A stretch of DNA of 64,000 bases, taken from contig OX597816.1 of NCBI GenBank assembly GCA_951406725.2, positions 159,278,001-159,342,000 on the forward strand, written 5' to 3'. Below the pieces are notes generated by a model, which had not been told where the DNA came from, ran no database searches, and saw only the letters and a program-made list of their open reading frames with translations. The translations under genes were made by a program, and so were the position numbers. Shown here piece by piece: positions 13,290-26,700 of this stretch (within the stretch, counting starts at the first letter, position 1; each line of letters opens with the position of its first letter). This stretch comes from Octopus vulgaris. Lineage: Eukaryota.

Positions 13290-14174
13290 TTTAGATCTTT
13301 CCTGTAACTGGACCTGGACACAATGCAGCAATGGATTATGGACTGGCAACTCAAGCTGGCTGTGGACAAGTGTACCACCATGCATTTTAGGAAGAAAAAC
13401 CCAGCATCCACATACTCCCTCCACAACACTAATATCAAGAAATCTTCTTGTGAAAGTGACCTGGGCATTACTATCAGCAGTGATTTGTACTGGACAAAGT
13501 ACATCTCTAAAATTATCAAGCAGGTCAAAGGTGTCTTGGCATCACTCTGCAAGACCTTTGTCAGCTGCTCTCCAGCTTTCTATTTAAGGCTTATATGGCT
13601 ATGGTGCAGCTTGGAATTGGCATTACCAGCCTGGAACACCTATCTTACTCAGAACATTGACCTCCTGGAAACTATTCAAAGATGTGCAACCAAACAAATA
13701 CCCTCCATCAGGCATCTACCATACTCTGAATGTCTTGCTTCCCTGGGAATGGATACATTGAAGCTCCGATGTATGACAACTGACTTAGTAAACACCCACA
13801 AGATTATTAACCATCATGCCAACAACCACCATGAGCACCTTTCTGAGCTCCGTGTGTCTAACACACGTTGACATGTCTACAAAGTCAGAAAACAGCACAG
13901 CTCCCATGACTTTCAGAAACATTTTTTCACACTTAGAGTTGCTGACGTATGGAACAAACTACCTGCATGCATCACTTGCTAGTTGCAGAGACATTGCATC
14001 CTTTAAAACTCCATGCTTCCTGAAATTCGCCAATGCTACACCTGATATCCCACCCCACTCCATATATTACAACTCTTTCCTTCTTTTGTACATAATTCTA
14101 TGTACTGTACATGAACCTTTGATAAGTTGTAGTGCACCTGAGCACTATACACAATAATTTCATTATTATTATTA
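13290..14174 (+). mobile_element. 3' fragment of a CR1-like LINE
   Basis: WQLKLAVDKC..MHF, ESDLGITI and LETIQRCATKQIP RT C-terminal motifs. The 3' end AGTTGTAGTGCACCTGAGC plus an (ATT)n tail recurs at ~25138 (minus) and ~63978. Confidence 0.8.
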
Positions 14175-15339
14175 TGTCTTATCTCTTAAACATTACCTAA
14201 TCTACTGCTTTACAGAATTACAGAACAGGGAAGATACATATCACTTAACACAAATATAACATGTCATCTATTACAAATATATAAAACCTATCAAAAGTTG
14301 CCATATAAAATGTGCACAAGGCTGAAGGAAAATACTTAGGGGAACATTCATCATCATCGTTATCATTTAATGTCCCCTTTTCTATACTGACATGAGTAGG
14401 ACAGTTTGAGAGAGGAACCAATGAGCCAGAGGGCTGCACCAAGTTCCAATGTCTTCTTTGGCATGGTTTGTAGTAAATACAACATGAATGTGTCTCACAC
14501 ATGTAATGCAGTGAGTTGAAAACTTTGACTAACTGAAGTAATCGGTCATTTGTAGAGAGAAATAGAACTGTGCTGGAGTAAACAATACAAATTGTATTAG
14601 GTGTGAATAAGAGACTAACTTTACTGAAACTAGATTTCAACTTTTGACTGTTTGACTTTCACACACACAAATATAACATTATAATTAAATAATAGACAAA
14701 TATGTTTTCAGCTCATACTATGACATTTCTATTGTATCAACTTTTCATTATGCTAAAAGCAGTTGGGAATTTAGGGTATGTGTGTCAGACGTGCTGATAT
14801 ATTATACTGATAACCAGCCCATAACATCTTTTTTAAAAACTTACCTAGACTGTCAAGTAGGTACGACTGGGTAATGCTAAAATGATTAAATGTTTAGTCT
14901 GAATTATTTGCACACTAGCTGTTTGAAAAGGTTTTAAATAATGTTGTTATCAAAAAAAAAAAAGTAATTATAATAATATACATTTTTAAAAAATTAGTTT
15001 ATAAGGAAATTTGAACTTATCGCTGTTGTACAACAATAAACTAGTCTTCTTAATCAAGTCTTCTTAAGCAAGTCCTCTCAACTTATTAGAGAAAACAACA
15101 TTGCCAATTTTTCAATGTTTGATCATACGCCTGCTCACTTAAGTTACAGTAAGAGATAAAAACATCATTTTTACATTTGTTTGTCCATGATGGTATGGGT
15201 TGGACAAGACTTATTGATATAGTATTCTGCAGCCAGATGTCTTCCTGTCACTAACCCTTGCCTGTTTTGAAAGCAAAGTAGTTTTATTCCAATGATCTTC
15301 ATACATTGAAACTGCCAGGCTATAGGACATATTGTTTAA

Positions 15340-15540
15340 CCCTTTCGGTACTGTATTTATTTTGAGATGCTCAGTGTTTCTTTCAATTAATTTTAAATAT
15401 AACAAAAAACTTAGTAAAATAACTTAGTCATCATTAAGCTAGTGTTAGCAACAGAAATTGTGATTAAGGTTTCGTGGAAGATTTTAATTCAAAACTTATG
15501 CAAACAAGAGGCAGTTTCAGCTGGGTTGGTATCAAAAGGG
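15340..15540. mobile_element. TTAA-flanked MITE (piggyBac-like ends)
   Basis: TTAA|CCCTTT...AAAGGG|TTAA. The same family occurs at 34107-34326 (opposite orientation) and partially at ~58965-59075. Confidence 0.75.
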
Positions 15541-17560
15541 TTAAAGATGATGTAAACCTATTACCACTGAAATAAACATTCATGCACACCCACACAGTTT
15601 CCTTCTACTAATTTCACTCACAAAGCATGAGACCAATGCTCTAGAAGACACTTGCTAGAAAGTACTGACAGCACAGTAGGATAGAACCTGAAACCACATC
15701 GTTACAAAGTGAACTTTGTTACCACAAAACCATGTCTGTTTCTATTAATTCATACACCTATACCAAAACTGACTTCTTTCTTGTATGCCATTGCCACCAG
15801 TTCTATAATTATTTCAACCATTTTCACATAGGCTTGCTTTCTCACATATAAGTAAGCATGTTTATGTTCATTATTTTAGGGTAGCATGTATCATAAACAT
15901 TGAGAAACCACTTAGACTGTTAATTATAGGATGATGTTAGGCATCAAAACCGTGTGCTAAACATTTTATGTCTTCATACTCAAGATGATGTAACTGTGAG
16001 CTGCTTCTGTTTCTTCTATTAGCTTGATAGCATAAGTGTGTTAAGGTAAGCTAACTAGGACAACTTAATAACATGTTAAACTGATAATAAAAATGTCTAA
16101 TGTTAAGATAAAATATATTTTTCAACTATTAATCTTAATCTTTAAACTGTAAATTTATAATATTTACATTTACACTACTTTTCAATTAGTTAAATCACTA
16201 TTCATCATCAAGTACTCTTAAATATATACATTGAACAGATAGGGATATGAATTTGGAATCTTTATTTCTAAAACAAGGATAGTAACATCTTTATTTGCAA
16301 ACTACATGCACCAGTATAAGTTACAGACATGTACTGTACAGATAAGGTTAATAGTTTAAAATAAAATTATCTTGATAACAATTATGAGTGCCAAGTCTTA
16401 TATGTACGACTTAAAAACAAAAGCCATATGAAAAATTATACAAAATAATACTAAGTCATTGATACAAATAATAAATGCAATGTTCAGAGGATATTTCTGT
16501 TATACTATTTTACTATTAAAAAAAAAATTATACTGCATTTAAAATAAAAGATAAATTTGTCCATGAAATAGTAAAGTGAAGCAGTAAATATATGAATTCA
16601 TCATGATCATTTAATGTATTCCATGCTTGCATGAGTCATATGGAATTCATTGAGGTGATTTTCTATAGCTTGATGCCCATCATGTTGCCAACCTTCACCT
16701 GTTTCCAAGCAAAGTAATATTTCCCCATGGCTAGACATGTTTTTCACAGAAGACTGAAAACAAAACCACATTGTTCATTTACAACCATCACGTGATAGCA
16801 AAACAAAGGTACACACACACACATGTATGTAGCAGGCTTCTTCCAGTTTCTATCTCCCAAATCCACTCACAAGGTTTTAGTCAGTCCAATACTAAAATAG
16901 AAGAAACTTTGTCCGAGGTACCATACAGTGGAACTGAACCAAAAACCAGATGACTGGCAAGTAAGCTTCTCAACCACACATTATTTACTTTGAAGCAAAT
17001 TTCACACTGCGGCATCTATTGACACTGAGAGAAACAAAGAAGTTGTTTCACACAAAGTGTGTTGATATAAATAAAACAGGAATGTGAATTTATGAGAACA
17101 GAGATGTATTATAATCACTAAATATCACCAATGTCATTGCTTTCATTACCACCACTGCTACTATTGCCACCTCCAGCATAATCATCATTAACATTTACTA
17201 TATGTACATATCTTTCTTACATGCAGGTATTAGAATAATCTCTGATATTTCTCCAGTCAGAATTAGATTTCAGAGATATATTCTAACTGTTTCCCATCAA
17301 GATGTTGTTGCCCTGATTACCACCAACAATAGCAGATGGTATTCAATGCACACAGCAAAGAAACCATATGGTACTTCATCTACTCCAGTCATGAACAGCA
17401 CACAAAACCATCAAAGTTACTATAAATGTTAGTCCTAACAATCTGATGATCAAACTACAAATATATCTTGTCCTGGTGGTGGTGGGCGGTCATTACACCA
17501 ACAATTACACACACATTGGTTCAATATCGCTTCTTTACTGTTAGTTAATTGGTTAGATGT

Positions 17561-17867
17561 GGAGGCGCAATGGCCCAGTGGTTAGGGCAGCGGACTCGCA
17601 GTTGTAGAATCACGGTTTCAATTCCCAGACCGGGAGTTGTGAGTGTTTATTGAGCGAAAACACCTAAAGCTCCACGAGGCTCCAGCAGGGGGGGGGGGGC
17701 GATCCCTGCTGTACTCTTTCGCCAAAACTTTCTCTCACTCTTTCTTCCGTTGGCCTGCTCGCTTAGCCGGTGAGGTGGCATCATTTGAAGGCTAAAACAA
17801 TGCGAAGCGCATTGTGACCAGCGATGTGTAATAACATCTGATAGCCCGGTTGATCACATGATCACGT

Positions 17868-17869
<2 letters not shown>
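17561..17869 (+). mobile_element. tRNA-derived SINE, well preserved
   Basis: A-box TGGCCCAGTGG, B-box GTTTCAATTCC and tRNA-like head, followed by (AT)n. The 3' portion GGCTAAAACAATGC...GACCAGCGATGT is shared with a decayed copy at ~11620-11915. Confidence 0.8.
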
Positions 17870-17911
<42 letters not shown>

Positions 17912-20900
17912 TATATATATGTCCTTTTGCATCCACTTTTCAAACTGACTTGGAATGAATCCCTATCGTCAGTGTCAACACATTCAAAGGAACTGCTTAC
18001 ATAGATGGTTTGGAGGACATCTTGCCTTTTTGGAATGATTTCTATGACTGAATGTCCTTCCTGACATCAATCAATTAGTGTAAGGAATAGTGTTTTTTTT
18101 TTTTAATGGTACCAACATTTGAGTGGTAGCCATGTCCTTGACAAGACTTGATGTGCCCTTGACAAGAGGTCAATACTCACTCTCCTATATAGAGTGAAAA
18201 TGATGAATGATGGCAGTATGAACAATACAGATGAGTGATAAGTGATGAGAAGAGTGGTGATAGATGGGTGAGTGATAGGGGTACTCTGTATTCCAAGACA
18301 TACATACATTGTATGTAGTGTGACTCAGAGAATAGAGCAATGACAGGGGAAGAGCCAAGATACCTGCATGAACAAGAGGAAGATGGCAATTAAATGAGTG
18401 GGGTGATGACAGGCAGTGAGGAGGGTGAAGAAAGAGTGTATTCAGCACAATATGTCTAATGTGGTCTCTTATACTAGAAGGAAAGGAAAGGTTGAGTGAC
18501 GGTAGGGAAATAGAAAGTAAAAGGACCCATACCAACAGATAGCATGACTGAGGGTTAAGATATATATAATATAGAGAAAGTCATTGATTGCATTCACTTG
18601 TTTTTATGTCCATTTTTCTATATTAGCATGGGTTAGATGAATGTACTATCAAAGTACTGCTTTACAGCACACACCCCTCCTGATGCTAATCTTTTGTTTT
18701 GCACTTGTTTCAGTCATTAGACTTTGGCCATGCTGGGGCAGCACCTTGAATTTTAGTCAAACAAATCAACCCCAGTACTTACTCCCTTTTTGTTTATTTT
18801 TAAGCCTGGTACTTATTCCATCAGTCTCTTTTGCTGAACTACTAAGTTATGGGTATGTAAACACACCCACATCAGTTATCCAGCAGTAGCAGGGGACAAA
18901 CACAGATGCAAATACACACACACATATATATATATATATGATAGGTTTCTTTCAGTTTCTGTTTAGCAAATCCATTCACAAAGTTTTGGTCAGCTCGAGG
19001 TTATAATACAAAACACTTGCCCAAAGTACCACACAGTGGATTGAACCTGAAACTACATATTTAAAAAGCCCTGAAAGTGTTCCTTACAGCTAAAAAAAAA
19101 AACAAAAAAAAAACCCCCAGCCAATTCAATATTTATTGTTCAGAATAATGTAGAGGAGTAACAGAAACAACTGAAAATTAGACCCTTAGCATTTAGTTCA
19201 ATTCCTCTAACCTTCTGTCTTCCAATCTTCCTTATATTCTTGCAGAATGGATAAAATATTTTTTGACATATATAAACAGACATAAGTGTGGCAATGGGTG
19301 CAGGTTTGACTTTGTGGTTAAGAAGCTTACTTCCCAGCCATGTGGTCTTGAGTTTAGTTCCTCTATAGCCTTGTACTGACTACAACCTTGTGAGCAGATT
19401 TAGTGACTGGATGTTGAAGAAGACCTATTATGTACATATGTGTGTTTTTGTGTAGCTTTTGTCTTCACATCATGTGATGTTGCTCATCGCCTGTCTTCCA
19501 GGGTGAAATATTACAAGCAATAAAATGATGATGAGAGTTGGTAATGAATTTTGTTTGATGAATCATCATCATCATCATTTGATGTCTGTTTTCCTGGGGA
19601 GCTGCACCAGGTTTCAATCTGATTTGGTATCCAGTAGTAGAAACCATACCAAATCAAATTGAAACATGATGCAGCTCCCCAGCTTACCAGTTTTCAGTCA
19701 AACCATCTAACCCATGGAAAACGGATGTTAAATGATGATGATGATGAATTTCAAAAACATGGAAAAGTGGATGTTAAATGATGACAATATCATATAATAC
19801 TGGGACCAATTTTGACTGATAGATCTAATATGCAACCTAGTTTAACACAACCACATAGTCCTTGAGTGCCTTTAGTTTTCTTGTGAGTCTTCAGGGCTAA
19901 ATCTTGGATGATCAGTAAAGAACATAGGCACTCCCTACCTCCACTATTTATCATCATTATCATTTAACATCCTGGCATGGACTGTATTGTGCCCTACAAA
20001 CTATTTTGACAGGGTTTCTACAGCTGGATTACTTTCCTAATATCAACCACTTTACAACATGTATTGAGTACTTTAATCATGCTACCAGTAGTAGTGAGAT
20101 CACCATGCAGCTTGCAAAATTACAAACACCAAGAGAGACAGCTTTATGCAAGTATATGAAGGATTAAAGTATGAGAAGGGGCCAGAATAGAACAGCTCTT
20201 GTAGAAGGGCCACATGACTACTCACATTTTGGAAGAGGTGTGAAGGTGATCAGGATGGAGTGGGGAAAAGATAAAAAATAATAGTGGTGAGGCATCACCC
20301 TCAAGATAGGAGATGGGTAAAAGCAAAAAGTGACAAAGAATCAGGATTATTGGTAGGTGGAGGTTGCAGGGGTGTACAGGAAAGTGAAATGGGGAATGAG
20401 TGAGCATAATGAATGAGGAACAGGTATTTAGTGGATGGTAAGTAGGACAGGTAGGGAAGAGTTGGAGTAGGTAACAACTGTAAAGATTGGGTGGGGTTGA
20501 GGAGTGGATATAATCAATGGTGAATGAAGGATGGGGTTGAGGTGACCAATAATGATGGAGTGGGAGGTCATCATTTTAGAAATATACAAAATTTTTTTTA
20601 GAAATCAACAAAACTACTTCACCAAATCTGTGGTCATATGTCAATGTAGAAATGAAGTTATAAATTAAAATACATATAAATCAATGGTGAAACTAACACC
20701 AATCATGAAAACTTTTAAACAAAGCAACCAGTCTTGCTCTGTTTTTAGATCAGTTTTTTTTTTCTTTTGAAAAGTGGGGAATGAAAATTGAATTAAATCA
20801 CAAAAAGAGATCTATACAATTTATTTATATACAAATTCTATCATGTTGTTAGCCTACATCAAATAGCAACTAACGCCATTGTGCTTAAGGACATTGTCAG

Positions 20901-21782
20901 AATATAAATGACCTTGCATGTTCTAAAAGCAACAATCTTCCATGAAATTTCAGGTAGCTTATTTGTGAAATCAGTTAAGTTAGACTGAGAAAGAATGAAG
21001 AACAGGAAAAAGCAGATGATTGCTGTTACTGTTTCATGAGTGAGTTGTATGAGTAAGGGGTGCAAATAGTCAGTCAGTCAGTTCAAACAGTACAGAGATT
21101 GTTGTTACATCAGCAAAAGAAACTAAGGATGCAGCTCGGCAGTGTGCCAATAATTTCTGAATGTTGATATCTGAAGTTTGTTGTTGCTGTTGCTTAGCTC
21201 CAGGTCAGCTGTGTGTGAGCAAATGCACATGATAAAAGGCAAACTATCCAGGAACATCAGGTTTTAATTTTTCAAGCACCTTGAAGAGTTTAGTTGAACA
21301 AATTTGAACTTATTTTCAAGTCTAGTACTTGTTCAGTTGGTCTCTTCAACCAAACCACAAAATTACAAGGGTTTAAACAAACCATACCAGTTGTTAAGTG
21401 GAGGCAGTGGACAAACACACATATATGACAGGCATCTTTCACTTCCTATGTAGCAAATTCACTCACAAGGCTTTGGTCAGCCTGTAGCTATAGTAGAAAA
21501 CACTTGTCCAACATGGTACACAGTGGGACTGAACCTGGAACTATGTGGTTGGGAAGCAAGCTTCTTACCACACTGTCACGTAAATTAATTTATATTCATT
21601 TAAAATTCAATGCTTCTTAGGATGAGAGAAAGAAGAGAAGGAGAAAGAGAAAATGTGTTTTGTATGCTGATGTCTGAAGGTGAGAAGAGCAAAAAGTATT
21701 ATATCAAATGTTAGAAAATTATATTTTTACTTAGTTAAATTGAAATATATACATCCACCCCCACCTCACCCCAACATATATA

Positions 21783-22538
21783 TGGCATACCTACACAAGT
21801 GTGACCCCCCACTGACTTTCAGAAAAATGGATATTTTTTCATCAAATTTTCTTCAAATACACTTCAGATGGTGTAGATTCTGTAAATGGTGGAATTCATT
21901 GTGAAAAAAGTTTTTAAGAGTGGAGAAAGAAGTTTCGGATAATTCATACGGGTCGGTTTTGTTTTCTCATAACTTTCTGAAAAATGAATATATTTTTATA
22001 TAAAAATTTTCTACAAGTAACTGTCAGATGGAATGGATTACGATTACATCGGAATTTAATATGGTAAAAAAATAAAATAGAAATGGTGGCCGCGCGCATA
22101 CATACATACCAATATACATCACAAGTTTTTCGAAATTTCAGGTTTCATTTTGTAGGTGTATGTGGTGTGGTGTCACTATCTACGTATGTGCGCCCACCAA
22201 TTTTGTTTTGTTTTTTCCATATTAAATTCCGATATAATTATAATCAACGGTTAAATGTAAACATTAACCTAACCTACATATTCTGAAAAGTATGTGTACA
22301 AAATTTCATTAGAAAATGCCCAATTTTAAAAGTTATGAGGAAACAAAGCCGACTCCTGTGCATTTTCCGAAACTCCTCTCCTCATCCTCGGAAAAACTTT
22401 TTTACAGCAAATTCCGATATAATCGATATCTTCCTAATCTGAAGTGTAGTTGTAGAAAATTTCGTCAAAAAAATATCATATTTCTGAAAGTTATGAGGCT
22501 ACACAGTCGGGTGGGTGCACACTCGTGTAGGTATGCCA
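21783..22538. mobile_element. Non-autonomous DNA transposon (MITE-like) with TIRs and subterminal repeats
   Basis: TGGCATACCTACACAAGTGTG ... CACACTCGTGTAGGTATGCCA termini. Internal ~55-bp units (CTTTC.GAAAAATG.ATAT...AAATTTTCT.CAA...CAGAT) are direct on the left and inverted on the right. Confidence 0.75.
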
Positions 22539-23939
22539 CATCTACCACGCTATCTAAATATATTCACTCTTGGCCCCTTTGCTGGGGGTATATTTATGTT
22601 AGGTTATCATTGAGTGGACGACCTTCAAAGCATGACATAAGGTGACTATAGATTGGCGTCTGTCAAAACATTTCGGATAAACACCCGCTTTTTGTTGTGG
22701 TTTAGCTCCAGGTTAATCAAAGGCATTCCAGTCGTGACCATTCTATATTTTTCCCCAGGAGTAGAATCCCAGGACCAAATAATCTAACATCTTTTTTTCT
22801 TTTTTGTTCTCCAAGAAGTGTTTAGAGACCGGGTAGGAGATTTTTTTTTTAATTTACAGCGGCTAAGAAGTAAATAAATATCAAAAAATATATATTAAAT
22901 TTGTAATTTTATGTCTACATAAATAAAAGGAAATATGAAATCCCAACTCTCTCTCTCTCTGTATATATAATTGTTTACATCGTGAAGATGCGGGTTCGTA
23001 TCCTGCGAGTAGCCTTCGATCTTTTATCTGTTGAAGTGATGTTTTTTTAATCCAGTATATAAGTATATTACACGCAATTATTTATAGATAATACCCACTT
23101 CTCACTTGGAGATTCACCCTTCAAAAATATTTCATGTAGTTTCTTTTCCTTCACCACATGGAACATTTTTTTTTTTAATTTCCAAAAGATAGTAAAAGGA
23201 AGCTAATTTATTTGAATAAATTATATGTGTGTGTGTGTGTGTTTGTATGTATTCAATGTTGTTTTATTACTTGGTGTATCTCATCGTTTAATAAAGTTTG
23301 GGAAGTCGCTGTTTTAATTAAAATAAAAACAAACTACAATTTACGAAAGTGACTGAACGGAGCGAAAATTCAAAAGGGAAAAAAAGAATCTGAAGAGATC
23401 AGTTCCTATCAACACTTTCACTAACGATAGTAATAGATTTCTCACATAGCATTTGTAATACAAATCAAATTAATTAATAGATACGCTCGAGATATCTTAG
23501 GTAAAGAGAATGTATTGAGAGTGACTTGAAGCAGAAAAAACATTTAAACTATTCCGGCCGCTTCACCACCATCAACAGCAACTGACCGGAATGAAAGAGA
23601 TATCACACGCACCTGATATATTCCAGTAAAAAAAAAGTTGGTTTTCATCAAAATATACATTATATTTATCTAAAATTTTCAATTCACATACTAGGTTATA
23701 CTTTCTTCTCTATTTTCCCTTGATTTTTTTTATAAGACTTTAAACAGAATCCCGATTAGGAGCGGCGTTGTGAAATAACAAGATATGATACATGCATAAG
23801 GTCAGAAGCTGTTGCAAGATACGAATGGAACAGGAGAATTATTTTCAATGACAAAGCTGAATGTTGATCTTAGATTAATTTACGACTATTCTAAATGCAA
23901 TCATCTGGCTAATCGAAACAGAAAATGTGAACTTATTAC

Positions 23940-23993
23940 CTGCGATAAAGCAAAAGCGAGTCGGTTGACTTTGAGAAACAGGCGAGAAGCCAT
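23940..23993 (-). CDS. IDH3A: IDH3A coding exon 1 (start codon, mitochondrial presequence MASRLFLKVNRLAFALSQ)
   Basis: ATG in AAGATGGC context. The peptide is Arg/Leu/Ser-rich with no acidic residues, typical of a presequence. It ends CAG|GTAATA in phase 0, and an NRF1 motif lies about 50 bp upstream. Confidence 0.8.
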
Positions 23994-24054
23994 CTTTCTA
24001 GTATAATGACCTTGCACTGAAGTCAACGAGATTGACTCAACGCTGCGCATGCGC
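23989..24054 (-). promoter_or_regulatory. IDH3A proximal promoter motifs: NRF1 site TGCGCATGCGC (24044-24054), AP-1-like TGACTCA (24033-24039), YY1-like AAGATGGC over the start codon (23989-23996)
   Basis: Direct motif matches immediately upstream of the ATG. NRF1 and YY1 sites are typical of promoters of nuclear-encoded mitochondrial genes. Binding is not demonstrated. Confidence 0.6.
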
Positions 24055-24116
24055 TTAAGTCTTTTCTCATTTCCCCGCAAACCCGGCTCTGTTTAACCAC
24101 AGGTGTCATGACAGAA

Positions 24117-24787
24117 GCCTCTAGGTGGTCGCTTGATCTGTTAGAAATAGCAGTCAAATCTTCCACTTTTCAAACTATTATCTTTCATGATAATAATAAA
24201 AAACCAGAATGGACGCATGGCTAATATGGTTCTAGGTTTCCTACGTCCTTGCACACAGAAAAAAGATGGTCACGGCTGGAATGCCTTTGATCATACGTTT
24301 GCTTGATGAGGACTAACCTGGAGTTAAAGGATTAAACAACACCTGAATAGTCACAGTCAACGAGGATGCGTCTGCCTCTACGTGGTCACTCAATTTGCAA
24401 AAAATAGCAGCCAAATTTTCCACAAATCACAATTATTGTCTTAAAAGAGATATCCTGGATAATGTAGTCATAGGTTAATTGCACATAAGAAAAATTCGGG
24501 ATGATCACGGTTGGGGTGTCTTTGATGATGAAGTTGATCAACGAGGGCTCATCTGCAGTTAAACAGCAGCATCAACACAACAATCAATATGCGTTTATGT
24601 GGTCAATCTATCTGCTAGAAATAGCAACGAAATCTCCCATACATTGCAATCTATTGTATGGAAAATAGTGGTGTGGATAACATGATTTGGGGTTCCCTGC
24701 ATACAGACAGAAAAAATGGGATGGCTACGGTTGGAATACCCTTGATTATAAGTTTGCTGATCTCGAGGTAAAAACAATAACAATAAC
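24117..24787 (+). repeat. Three head-to-tail diverged copies of a ~210-bp element with (CAA)-type tails
   Basis: Recurrent GTGGTC...AAATAGCA..CAAAT and G(A/G)TCACGG(C/T)TGG..TG.CTTTGAT at ~24117, 24374 and 24594; inverted partial copy at ~22690-22790. Confidence 0.7.
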
Positions 24788-24840
24788 TGTTCAATGGTCA
24801 TAGAAATAATAATGGCCTTATTACATAGTGTGCCCAAGTC

Positions 24841-25088
24841 ATCATCATCATCGTTTAACGTCCGCTTTCCATGCTAGCATGGGTTGGACGGTTCAACTGG
24901 GGTCTGGGAAGCCAGAAGGCTGCACCAGGCCCAGTCTGATCTGGCAGTGTTTCTACAGCTGGATGCCCTTCCTAACGCCAACCATTCCGTGAGTGTAGTG
25001 GGTGCTTTCTACATGCCACCGGCACAGGTGCCAGATGAGGCTGGCAATGGCCACGATCGGATGGTGCTTTTTACGTGCCACCGGCACG
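24841..25088 (-). repeat. Young copy of the RTE-tail short retroposon
   Basis: Reverse complement of 4192-4434 with few differences. Confidence 0.85.
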
Positions 25089-26476
25089 GAAGTGTACAAC
25101 AATTATCATTTCTCCTATATACTCAGGAGTTGTCGCGCTCAGGTGCACTACAACTCATTAGAAAAGAATAAAAGAGGGCACAGAACTCAGCAACAACTCA
25201 AGTAAAGAAAGTCAGCAATGATAACTGAAAGATCTGGTCCCTATAAGTATCAAAGAAACACACCTACACCGATACAGAATATAACTAAAAGTTTTCACAA
25301 ACCTAATAAATGCCAGGCCTCAGTCTCCAATCACCTTTCCAAGAGAACACGACAATCAACAATAGTCACAACTGCATCTCATAAACTAGACTTCCTATTC
25401 AAAGCTAGAAATACTTCAACCACAAGCAGTTGCTCACTTTGCAATGTACAAATATGATCCTTACTAGAGTACTGCTCGCATCTAAGATGGAGTAGCTACA
25501 ATGCACTCTAGTATTCTAGATCAAACTCTAAACTGTCATAAAAGTCCTTGAACTCATTAACATATTACAGCCTCTAACACATAGTGTTTTAGCATGGATA
25601 CCACCAAAACATGAGGTAAACACTGCATTTCCTGGAAAAATTCAAAGGCAGAAAATTCTTCAGACAAAGCAGAAAGCTCTTGAGATGGGATCACCAATAA
25701 ACTCAGTGTTTATGGAACAAGAGAGGTGCAAAATTTAAGAAGCAACTTGTTGGAATATACATGTCTGTGAGGAGACATAAACAAGAATAACAAAAATCTA
25801 CTATACCAAAAGAACTGGTAAGGCATACATTACAAGTGTTCTATGAAGAGAACATAAGATTGCTGCATAATTCAACATGAATGTGAAACAACATTAAACA
25901 TCGCATAAGGTAAATGAAGGTTTCTCGAGGAATGCTAAGTCATATTCACTTAGTGAGTTTACATATGTGAGGGTGAATTATGATGTTGTTGTCAGCATTA
26001 GATGCAGTAAGAGCTAGTTGCAGCAATATTGGCAGTGATGAATTTCATTGTGTCATAACATGGAGAAGGCAAGCAATAACTTCCTGGTAGCAAGCTAAGC
26101 GGAGATAAACTGACCTATTTAAGGAAATTGCTAGGCTCCACAAAGATATGGAAGGTTTTTCCGCCAAGAGAACATGTGATCCATTTGAACACACCAGGTA
26201 GTTTGGCATAATTATTTAAGGGACAAATTGTGCCTAAAAACTAACCAATCAGAGCAAATGGTTAAAAAAATGATCTTCATAGCTAAGTGTTCTCTGCTAT
26301 GTCCAAACAACAACTATAAATAAAAGGGAGAGAGAATAGTTTGTCATTTATGCTTTTGTCAATCCATTCTGCTACAGTGTCTTTCAATCTCTTCTACTGC
26401 TACAACAAAAACTCCATCTCCTTTAAACAACAAACTGTGTATCACTTCTGCACCCAGTTCTCCTCTCATCCATTAA

Positions 26477-26692
26477 CCCTATAGCATTTAAACCAGCCAT
26501 ATCCAGCCAAAATATTCTACTTGTTTTATATTCAGGCCAGCTAGATCTGGCTTCTCATACCTTACCTTACCATGTCATTCTAAAAATACTCTATTACATC
26601 ATCAAAATCTCAAAGCTATGAGATAATGAATGATAAGTTTAAAACAGTATGAATAAGCGTTACATTTACTGAATAATCTGAGTGCTAAAAGG
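26477..26692. mobile_element. TTAA-flanked MITE of a different family, abutting the 5' LTR
   Basis: TTAA|CCCTATAGCA...TGCTAAAAGG|TTAA. Confidence 0.6.
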
Positions 26693-26700
26693 TTAAAGCC

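Noticed and set aside
17561-17635. tRNA-like sequence
   Set aside because: It continues into a SINE body that has other copies and lacks a clean cloverleaf; it is a SINE head, not a tRNA gene.
9090-17870. Scattered CACGTG E-boxes in IDH3A introns as clock-control sites
   Set aside because: Isolated hexamers, some inside repeats, not clustered; consistent with chance.
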